NCBI GenBank assembly: GCA_041389025.1
Contig: JAWKSP010000003.1
Span: 70,065 to 123,968, forward strand
DNA length: 53,904 nucleotides
Origin: Minisyncoccota bacterium
Lineage (GTDB): Bacteria > Patescibacteriota > Minisyncoccia > Phycocordibacterales > UBA918
Reading direction: 5' to 3'
The notes beneath the pieces are model-generated. The model was not told where the DNA came from, searched no databases, and saw only the letters and a program-made list of their open reading frames with translations. The translations under genes and the position numbers were made by a program. This document shows, one piece after another, positions 18,319 to 25,358 of the stretch. Within the stretch, counting starts at the first letter, position 1; every line of letters starts with the position of its first letter.

Positions 18319-19135
18319 TATTCCAATTTTAGATTTTCTATTTAAACGTGGCTCTCGGCATCGTTCTTTATACATTGATAAGAGGGAGGTGATGGAAGAA
18401 CTAATGCATCGCCGCTCTTTTATTTTAAATGACGATAAATTATTAGAAATAATAAAACCAACTCCATCTATAGAACCACTTTTGAAGCGCCCTCACCTAG
18501 TATTTTTTAGGCAGATAGCCACACCGTTACATGAGACATTAGAGGTTATAAAAACTGCCAATCAACTAGGTCTTAAATTGTGTATATTAGAATTTTCTGT
18601 TGATAAGTTTGTTAGTGCAAATAATAGTTACAAAAAAGGACTTAGTATGCTACCCATATATAGGGGTATAGATAGAAATGGTGACGATATGTATAAAAAA
18701 GAAATGATTGTCGATATAAATAAATTTGCAGGTCACCATTTGTCAGATGTTTTAACTGTTCATGGTGAAAATCTAATAGATTTTCACCATGAACTTTTTG
18801 AATATGTCATTGGTGAGAAAATTACAAAAATATCTATTGATGGATCAGACTGGTTAAAAAAATTTGATTTTAATCCAAGGGAATACTACAAAGCTTTCTT
18901 TTCTTTATTTATAAAACATAATGTTTTAGCCGAAGTTTTTCTGCCAAAAGAAGTCGATAACGAAAAATTTACAAAAAAAATTGTTTGGCCAGCTTTCAAT
19001 CATGTTTTTAATGAGTACGGATTTTCACCCCTTATTGTTAATTATCAACCGCCAGATGAACAAACTAGAGTTTATTGGGATTGTTATCCAGCTCAGGTTA
19101 ATGAATTTCTACGTAAAAAAGGCTATATTGAATAA
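18296..19135 (+). CDS. hypothetical protein (start uncertain, alternative ATG 18392)
   Basis: 280-codon ORF. ATG 18296 overlaps the previous gene by 23 nt. The in-frame ATG 18392 is preceded by GGGAGG, but only 2 nt away. No motif recognised. Confidence 0.5.
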   Translation: MTMIALRNIPILDFLFKRGSRHRSLYIDKREVMEELMHRRSFILNDDKLLEIIKPTPSIEPLLKRPHLVFFRQIATPLHETLEVIKTANQLGLKLCILEFSVDKFVSANNSYKKGLSMLPIYRGIDRNGDDMYKKEMIVDINKFAGHHLSDVLTVHGENLIDFHHELFEYVIGEKITKISIDGSDWLKKFDFNPREYYKAFFSLFIKHNVLAEVFLPKEVDNEKFTKKIVWPAFNHVFNEYGFSPLIVNYQPPDEQTRVYWDCYPAQVNEFLRKKGYIE

Positions 19136-19141
19136 TAACTT

Positions 19142-20800
19142 ATGGAACTGATCAATACTTGCTTTGCATTAGCTGATGAGGTTAGAGGCTTAGCGTATTA
19201 CTCACATTTATTGCCGATAATCATCAGCTTGTTGTTGGGAGTGGTGGTGATGCTTTATGCAAAAAATAAAAATAAAGCCATATTATTTTTTAGTTTTGTG
19301 GTGTTGTTGAGTTTGTGGTTGGCCGGAGATTTGGTGGTGTGGGCGACTAATGACTACTATCTAGTAGCAGCTTTTTGGTCCTATTTAGATTTTGTAAATA
19401 TTTTATTTTATTTATTTATTTTGTATTTTCTTTTGGTGGATGTCGGAGCTAGTAGGAAAATACAGATTAGTGCCATGGTGGTTGGTTTTTTGGCTAGTCT
19501 CCCACCGTTTATTATTACCTTATCAGGGTTGGCGGTTCATGAATTTGATCAACCAAATTGCGAAATGATCGGTAATGATTGGTTGGCTTTATATAAGCTT
19601 GGTTTCGAGTGGACAGTAATTGGAGTAATTGTCTTGGTGACTATTGTGTCCTTGATAAAACGCTGGAAAAATAAAACCGATTTCAAACGTATCCTACTTA
19701 CTACTATTTCTACTACTGGTTTTTTGGCTATTTTTTCTGGTTCAGAATTTGTCGCAACTTATACTGACGTTTATGAAATAAATCTTTATGCACTGTTTAC
19801 CTTACCAGTTTTTATATTACTCCTCACGATTTCAATTTTTGAATTCAAAACCTTTAAAATGAATGTAGATAGTATCAGTGTTGTTAGAGTACTGTTTTCA
19901 ATCTTTGTTATTATCACCGTGATAAATTTATTCTTTATCGATGATACCGGTGAATTTATTATTAGCGGTACAGGAGCCGCGATTACTCTCGGGTTTGGTT
20001 TGTTGGTGTTGCGTGGCGCCAGTCGAGAAGCTAAACAAAGACAAGAAATCGAAAGTCTGGCCAAGCGGCTTAAGTTGGCTAATGACAGATTGAAAGTACT
20101 CGATAAACAAAAATCAGAGTTTGTGTCGATTGCTTCACATCAATTGCGTAGCCCACTAACTGCGATTAGCGGTTATGCTTCGCTCTTACTGGAGGAAAGT
20201 TATGGCAAAATACCTGCAAAAGCCAAAGAGCCGGTCGAACGTATCTACACTTCAGCGCGAGCGATGGCACAGTCGGTAGAAGAATATTTGAACGTTTCCC
20301 GTATTGAGTCTGGAAATATGAAATATGAGAAAACTGATTTTAATTTAAGAGATGAAGTAGAGCATATTTGTGACGATTTGCGTTCCGACGCAGTGCAAAA
20401 AGGTTTAATGCTTTACTTTAAAACCGATCTAAGTAGTCGAGCTATTGTGCATGCTGATCTTGGAAAAGTAATACAGGCAGTCCACAATCTAATAAACAAC
20501 TCTATTAAATACACCGAAAAAGGGAAGATTGCTGTGACTGTTTGCGATGACATAAAGAAAAAACGAATCTATGTAGAGGTGGAGGATACTGGAATCGGTA
20601 TGAGTGAGGAGACTCTAAATAGTATTTTCCAAAAGTTCGAACGAGCAGACAACGCTCATAAAGTAAATATAAAAGGCACTGGACTTGGATTATATATGGC
20701 CCTAAAACTAATAGAAGCTATGAAAGGAACAATTACAGCTTATTCGGACGGGGAAGGCAAGGGTTCTAAATTTGTGTTGGAGTTACCATTGGTTATGTAA
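19142..20800 (+). CDS. sensor histidine kinase with polytopic membrane N-terminus
   Basis: H-box SHQLRSPLTAISGY, N-box NLINNSIKYT, G1 EDTGIGM, G2 GTGLGLY. About 7 predicted TM segments in the first 290 aa. Confidence 0.9.
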   Translation: MELINTCFALADEVRGLAYYSHLLPIIISLLLGVVVMLYAKNKNKAILFFSFVVLLSLWLAGDLVVWATNDYYLVAAFWSYLDFVNILFYLFILYFLLVDVGASRKIQISAMVVGFLASLPPFIITLSGLAVHEFDQPNCEMIGNDWLALYKLGFEWTVIGVIVLVTIVSLIKRWKNKTDFKRILLTTISTTGFLAIFSGSEFVATYTDVYEINLYALFTLPVFILLLTISIFEFKTFKMNVDSISVVRVLFSIFVIITVINLFFIDDTGEFIISGTGAAITLGFGLLVLRGASREAKQRQEIESLAKRLKLANDRLKVLDKQKSEFVSIASHQLRSPLTAISGYASLLLEESYGKIPAKAKEPVERIYTSARAMAQSVEEYLNVSRIESGNMKYEKTDFNLRDEVEHICDDLRSDAVQKGLMLYFKTDLSSRAIVHADLGKVIQAVHNLINNSIKYTEKGKIAVTVCDDIKKKRIYVEVEDTGIGMSEETLNSIFQKFERADNAHKVNIKGTGLGLYMALKLIEAMKGTITAYSDGEGKGSKFVLELPLVM

Positions 20801-20844
20801 GTGAGTTTTGAGACTTATGATATTTTGAAGCGGGTTAAATTTTC

Positions 20845-20853
20845 TGATACTAT
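20845..20853 (+). promoter_or_regulatory. extended -10 element for trpS (inside the end of the kinase gene region)
   Basis: TGaTACTAT (hexamer 20848-20853), 7 nt before ATG 20861. Confidence 0.45.
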
Positions 20854-20860
20854 GACCAAT

Positions 20861-21823
20861 ATGATAAAAAAACGTATTCTCACCGGTTTGCAGCCATCAG
20901 GCATTTTGCATATTGGCAATTACTTTGGGTCGCTAAAACCAACGGTTGACTTGGTAAATAGTGAAGAGCACGAAGTGTTTTTAATGGTGGCTGATTATCA
21001 CGCTCTAACCACTGTGCGGGATGGTGGTATTTTACGTGAAAATATATATGGAATAGTCCGTGATTATATCGCATCGGGCGCAAATCCGGATAGGATGACT
21101 CTTTTTAGACAATCTGACAACCCACACCACATGGAGCTTGCTTGGGTATTTAATTGTCTAGTCACCGTGCCTTTTTTGATGCAAGCGCACGCTTACAAGG
21201 ATAAAGTGGCAAAGGGATTAGAAGCGAACGCCGGATTATTTACTTATCCGATGCTGATGGCTTCCGATATTGTGCTTTACGATACGGATATTGTACCGGT
21301 TGGTGAAGACCAAAGACAACATGTCGAGTATGCTAGAGAAGCAGTGACAAAATTCAATCATGCTTACGGCGAAATCTTAAAAGCCCCGACTGAAATGATT
21401 GTTCGTGGAGTAGGGATTGTTCCTGGGGTTGATGGGCAAAAAATGAGCAAAAGTTATAAAAACACTATTCCGCTCTTTGCTCCCAAGGAAGAGGTGGAAA
21501 AAGCCGTTATGCGGATTGTTACTGATTCGTCTGGTGAGAGACCGGAAAATGTTTATAACATTCATAAGGTTATCTATGAAGCGACCGGGCGAGATCTGGC
21601 TGAATTAGATAATCTATACGATGAAAATGTTGGTAAGTATAAAAACCTAAAAGACGCTCTGTATATTGATATCGAAGCTTTGTTTGCTCCGATGCGAGAA
21701 CGAAGGGAATCTATAAGCGACGCTGATGTAAGGGAGATTTTAAAGATAGGAGCAAAGAAAGCCAGAGAAGAGTCTGCTAAAACTATGGAAAAGGTGAGAG
21801 AGGTGATTGGGGTTGATTTGTAA
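20861..21823 (+). CDS. trpS: tryptophan--tRNA ligase
   Basis: Class I motifs GLQPSGILHIGNYFG (HIGH) and GQKMSKS. The ORF track starts at GTG 20801. ATG 20861 (MIKKRILTG..) fits homologue N-termini and the promoter geometry. ATG 20852 is also possible. Confidence 0.9.
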   Translation: MIKKRILTGLQPSGILHIGNYFGSLKPTVDLVNSEEHEVFLMVADYHALTTVRDGGILRENIYGIVRDYIASGANPDRMTLFRQSDNPHHMELAWVFNCLVTVPFLMQAHAYKDKVAKGLEANAGLFTYPMLMASDIVLYDTDIVPVGEDQRQHVEYAREAVTKFNHAYGEILKAPTEMIVRGVGIVPGVDGQKMSKSYKNTIPLFAPKEEVEKAVMRIVTDSSGERPENVYNIHKVIYEATGRDLAELDNLYDENVGKYKNLKDALYIDIEALFAPMRERRESISDADVREILKIGAKKAREESAKTMEKVREVIGVDL

Positions 21824-21841
21824 TTAAGTGTGGCCCTATAA

Positions 21842-21871
21842 AAAAAGTCTCGACCAGAATCGAGACTTTTT
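21842..21871. terminator. bidirectional intrinsic terminator (trpS / convergent orphan gene)
   Basis: AAAAAGTCTCGA CCAGAA TCGAGACTTTTT, with an A-run on one side and a T-run on the other. Confidence 0.8.
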
Positions 21872-21890
21872 ATTATATACTATTTTATAT

Positions 21891-22310
21891 TTATAGTATT
21901 GGAATTTCACTCATCGGAGATTCTAGGCTTTCAATGAAACATCTAATATTTTTAGATCCAAACACGTTAATAATTATTTTAATTAATAACTCAGTAACGA
22001 AATCGTCGTGTCCTTTTCCATGTTTGTTATGGATATTTATCACCCACTGATTTCTTTTTACAGGAATACAATAATGGCTTCTGTAGGCTGAAATTGTATC
22101 CTTTCTAAAGCAGTGTGCTGCCAAGGAAAAATTATGTTTATTATAATTCCAAAAGTAGGCATGACTCAGATCGTCCCTAACTTTAGGGTTGATGTTGTAT
22201 TTGAAGTTATCATCTCTAATAAAATAATGAGGTGCTGTAAAAGCTTTTTCAATTTTACCTATAATTTCTTCATCCGTATGAACATCTACAAAAATATGAC
22301 AGAATGACAT
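21891..22310 (-). CDS. hypothetical protein (orphan, His-rich)
   Basis: 139 aa with a strong SD: AAGGAG, 7 nt, ATG. No motif recognised. Confidence 0.6.
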   Translation of the reverse strand: MSFCHIFVDVHTDEEIIGKIEKAFTAPHYFIRDDNFKYNINPKVRDDLSHAYFWNYNKHNFSLAAHCFRKDTISAYRSHYCIPVKRNQWVINIHNKHGKGHDDFVTELLIKIIINVFGSKNIRCFIESLESPMSEIPIL

Positions 22311-22423
22311 TTATACACTCCTTAAAAAAATGATCGAAACATAAATGTGTTCTCATCAACCACTAATGTGGTATGAAACTTTCTATTAGCAATAATATAA
22401 TGAAAAAATAAAAAGTCAAGTAG

Positions 22424-22453
22424 AACAGATAATGTATATATACATTATCTGTT
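22424..22453. promoter_or_regulatory. perfect 30-bp palindrome, probable operator between divergent promoters
   Basis: AACAGATAATGTATATATACATTATCTGTT equals its own reverse complement. It is flanked 4 nt on each side by inverted TTGACT -35 boxes (22419-22414 minus, 22458-22463 plus). Confidence 0.7.
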
Positions 22454-22540
22454 GATATTGACTAAAATTATTAATAGGGTATAAATAAATTGGTTATATC
22501 ACATGGTGTTTAGTATTTTCAAATTCTCGAGGAGGATTTA

Positions 22541-23029
22541 ATGAATAAAAAAGATTGTGTAGTGTTGTATACGGACGCTAAAATTCATTATTTGTGTGAA
22601 AGAATGGCTGCAAAAGGAAATGTTTGCTTAGTTGTTCTAGAAAATGGTTTAGAAAATAATGATTTTGTACAAATTCAAAGGGTAAAAACTGATTTTGGTG
22701 TCAGAATAGAGTGTTTTGAGGTAGTAGGATCAAATGATACTAAAATTATTCAACTTGATATTCCTGATGAAATATTAGAAAAATTTCTGACTCTGGGATA
22801 TTTTTGTGGTGATAAGTATGTAGAAATACCAAATGGTTGCAGTGTTCCATATAATTTAGCTGTCTTAATGCTAGGAATTAAGTGTGCCGGCGAATATTCC
22901 GTGGATTGTGTTTACTGGAGAGTTTATTACGCTCCAACAAAACAATTAAAAAACTTTTGCAAAATGTTGACCAAATCATTTGGAGGAAAAGTTTCTATAC
23001 AGCCGGTAGTGTTTGGTTATCAAGAATAA
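22541..23029 (+). CDS. hypothetical protein (orphan, Cys-rich)
   Basis: 162 aa with a strong SD: GAGGAGG, 5 nt, ATG. No motif recognised. Confidence 0.6.
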   Translation: MNKKDCVVLYTDAKIHYLCERMAAKGNVCLVVLENGLENNDFVQIQRVKTDFGVRIECFEVVGSNDTKIIQLDIPDEILEKFLTLGYFCGDKYVEIPNGCSVPYNLAVLMLGIKCAGEYSVDCVYWRVYYAPTKQLKNFCKMLTKSFGGKVSIQPVVFGYQE

Positions 23030-23040
23030 TTGTATGTGTG

Positions 23041-23071
23041 GGCCTCGATGACTAAATCGAGGTCCATTTTT
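23041..23071 (+). terminator. intrinsic terminator
   Basis: GGCCTCGAT..ATCGAGG(T)CC hairpin followed by ATTTTT. Confidence 0.7.
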
Positions 23072-23089
23072 ATAATGGCTGGTATAACG

Positions 23090-23382
23090 AAAAAAAATAT
23101 TGTATATTGATACAAACCGACGAAGCGACTGACTATCGCTGAGGTGAGGGAAGAAAGGTTTTGTTTAGTAGGACGGCGAGCTTGCTCGCCGTCCTACTAA
23201 AACATAAACTAAGTAGAACTCTCCGTTTTGCGTACGACACACGTTTTAAAGAGATTTACGGCAGAAATTTTGCTTCGCAAAATTTCTGCCGTGAAAGTAG
23301 GGTGGCACCGCGGTTTCTACTACAAACCGCCCCTATATTATTTATCAATTGTAAATAATAATTAGTAGGGGCGGTTTTGCGT
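23090..23382 (+). promoter_or_regulatory. T-box leader (tRNA-sensing riboswitch) controlling aspS
   Basis: Conserved T-box sequence AGUAGGGUGGCACCGCGG (23297-23313). The canonical antiterminator is UAGGG[UGGCACC]GCGG-loop-CCGC-CCCUA (23298-23335). The mutually exclusive terminator is 23324-23377. A stem-III-like 16-bp hairpin lies at 23258-23292. The element sits directly upstream of aspS. The 5' boundary is approximate. Confidence 0.85.
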
Positions 23383-23402
23383 TCCTAAACTTAAACTTAA
23401 GT

Positions 23403-24797
23403 ATGGAAAGAATTTTAATCGGTTCACTTGGTGAACATAAAGACAAAGAAGCTAATATAAAAGGTTGGGTTGATGTGGTGCGTCTGCAAGGAAAGATGGC
23501 TTTCTTCGATTTTCGTGATCGTAGTGGCAAAGTACAGGGGGTGGTTTTTGGAAAACCTGAAGTATTGGAGATTGCCAAAGAACTAAAATCAGAGTACGTG
23601 GTTTCTGTCACCGGTAAGGTAAACGAACGACCGGAAAAAATGCGAAACGAAAAGGTGCAGAATGGTGATATAGAATTGGAAATTACCGCTATAGAAGTTT
23701 TAAGTGAATCTGATACTCCGCCATTTGACCTTGGTGAAGATTCTATTAACAAAGATGAGGAAGTGCGACTAAAATACAGGTATCTAGATTTACGAACAAA
23801 GCGAATGCAAAAAAATATTAAAGTTCGCAGTGAATTCGTTCGTCGATGTCGAAACTTTTTGATGGAACGAGATTTTGTGGAAATTGAAACTCCGCTTCTA
23901 ACTGAATCAACTCCGGAAGGGTCTCGTGACTTCGTGGTGCCGAGTCGTCATCATCTTGGTGAATTTTATGCTTTACCGCAGTCACCACAGCAATATAAAC
24001 AGCTTTTGATGAACGCTGGTTTTGAACGCTATGTACAGATTGCCCGAGCGGTACGTGATGAAGATTTGCGGGCTGATAGAGGTTATGAGCATACGCAGAT
24101 TGATGTGGAGATGTCTTTTGTAGAGCGCGATGATGTGATGCGGATTATTGAAGAAATGATTACTAATACGGTAGAGTCGATGGGTTATACCATCAAACAC
24201 AAACCGTTTCCGGTGATTACCTATCAAGAATCAATGGAAAAATACGGTGATGATAAATTCGACTTACGAACCGAGGAAGACAAAAAGAACGGTGTGCTGG
24301 CTTATGCTTGGGTGGTAGACTTTCCATTCTTTGAAAAGACCGACAAAGGTACTTGGACTTTTTCTCATAATCCCTTTTCCATGCCAAAAGCTGAGCACTT
24401 AAAATGGCTGATGGAAGGTGAAAATATCGACCAGATACTGACCACACAGTACGACTTAGTGTGTAACGGCTATGAAGCTGGTGGGGGAAGTATTCGTGCG
24501 CACCGTCCGGAAATTCTCGAGGCGGTATACAAAGTAATGGGTAATACAGACGAGGAAATACAAGACAAGGTAGGACACATGCTGGAAGCTTTCAAATACG
24601 GTACGCCACCGCATGGCGGAATAGCGCTCGGGGTAGAGCGTAATGTGATGAATCTAACCGGTGAGGAAGCCTTACGTGAAGTGCAAGCCTTTCCAATGAC
24701 TAGAAAAGGAAAGACGGCAGTAATGAACGGACCAAAGTCGTTGGAAATCGAACAACTTCTAGAGCTGGGTCTTAGTATCGATAAAAAGAAAAAGTAA
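23403..24797 (+). CDS. aspS: aspartate--tRNA ligase, bacterial-type sequence without the GAD insertion domain
   Basis: OB-fold N-terminus, LPQSPQQYKQLLM, class II motif 2 ..AVRDEDLRADR.. and motif 3 ..PPHGGIALGVERNVM... Only 464 aa. Confidence 0.93.
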   Translation: MERILIGSLGEHKDKEANIKGWVDVVRLQGKMAFFDFRDRSGKVQGVVFGKPEVLEIAKELKSEYVVSVTGKVNERPEKMRNEKVQNGDIELEITAIEVLSESDTPPFDLGEDSINKDEEVRLKYRYLDLRTKRMQKNIKVRSEFVRRCRNFLMERDFVEIETPLLTESTPEGSRDFVVPSRHHLGEFYALPQSPQQYKQLLMNAGFERYVQIARAVRDEDLRADRGYEHTQIDVEMSFVERDDVMRIIEEMITNTVESMGYTIKHKPFPVITYQESMEKYGDDKFDLRTEEDKKNGVLAYAWVVDFPFFEKTDKGTWTFSHNPFSMPKAEHLKWLMEGENIDQILTTQYDLVCNGYEAGGGSIRAHRPEILEAVYKVMGNTDEEIQDKVGHMLEAFKYGTPPHGGIALGVERNVMNLTGEEALREVQAFPMTRKGKTAVMNGPKSLEIEQLLELGLSIDKKKK

Positions 24798-24828
24798 ATA
24801 ACGCTTGGTTTAAATACAAACTAAACTT

Positions 24829-24858
24829 AAAAACCGCCGGCTAAAGCCGGCGGTTTTT
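24829..24858 (+). terminator. intrinsic terminator after aspS
   Basis: AAAAACCGCCGGC TAAA GCCGGCGGTTTTT. Confidence 0.85.
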
Positions 24859-24870
24859 AATAAAATAAAT

Positions 24871-24904
24871 AAAAAACGGCAATACACAAATTTGTGTATT
24901 GCCG
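24871..24904 (-). terminator. intrinsic terminator of a minus-strand mini transcription unit
   Basis: CGGCAATACACAAA/TTTGTGTATTGCCG hairpin. The T6 tail exists only on the minus strand (A6 at 24871-24876 on plus). Confidence 0.65.
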
Positions 24905-24930
24905 AAATGAAAGATGAAGAAAACTAGGCG

Positions 24931-25038
24931 TCAACAGCGTCGGCGAAATGGGTTTCCTGTTTCAGCGCCGTGTGTTTTTCGAGGTTCGATGGCAACATTC
25001 GTAGCAGTCGGTTCCATTTTAGTGATTTCCTTTCGCAT
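24931..25038 (-). CDS. candidate 35-aa small ORF (could instead be a non-coding sRNA)
   Basis: AAGGAG (25051-25046), 7 nt, ATG 25038. MRKEITKMEPTATNVAIEPRKTHGAETGNPFRRRC, stop TGA at 24933-24931. Lies between a consensus promoter and a terminator. Confidence 0.3.
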   Translation of the reverse strand: MRKEITKMEPTATNVAIEPRKTHGAETGNPFRRRC

Positions 25039-25156
25039 TGCTCTTCTCCTTGTTAAAAAGATAACTAGCAAAGTCTTCAAAAATTCATTTATACATAAAG
25101 ACCTTACCACTAGCTAATTTACCAACTTATGTTTTTGTTGTCACTACCTGTTTGTG

Positions 25157-25185
25157 TGTATAAGATTATTATTACAAATTGTCAA
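25157..25185 (-). promoter_or_regulatory. sigma70-type promoter (minus strand)
   Basis: TTGACA (25185-25180), 17 nt, TATACA (25162-25157). Confidence 0.6.
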
Positions 25186-25218
25186 ATAAAAAAATGCTGA
25201 CGTTTAGAAAACGTCAGC
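25184..25218 (-). terminator. minus-oriented hairpin plus T-run with no obvious upstream gene
   Basis: GCTGACGTT..AACGTCAGC 9-bp stem. The T-rich tail (ATTTTTTTATTT) appears only on the minus strand and abuts the -35 box above. Confidence 0.4.
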
Positions 25219-25358
25219 AGAATAATTGTCGTAGTTCTTTTTAATGTCAAAACCTTGGAGGGTATTTGACTTCTTAATGATAGCACAAAAAAGTCATTTT
25301 GAAATAAGTTGTCCAAAACTGTTTTCCGTTAAAACAAAATGTTATACTCAGATTTACT

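Noticed and set aside
23166-23292. The two long perfect hairpins in the aspS leader as inserted MITE/REP-like elements
   Set aside because: The two hairpins share no sequence with each other or with other hairpins in the window. They are kept only as an unusual feature of the T-box leader.
23161-23752. ORF-track entries 23161..23358 (+) and 23345..23752 (-) as protein-coding genes
   Set aside because: The first lies entirely within the T-box leader, spanning its hairpins, T-box sequence and terminator. The second is antisense to the leader and the aspS 5' end. Neither has start signals.
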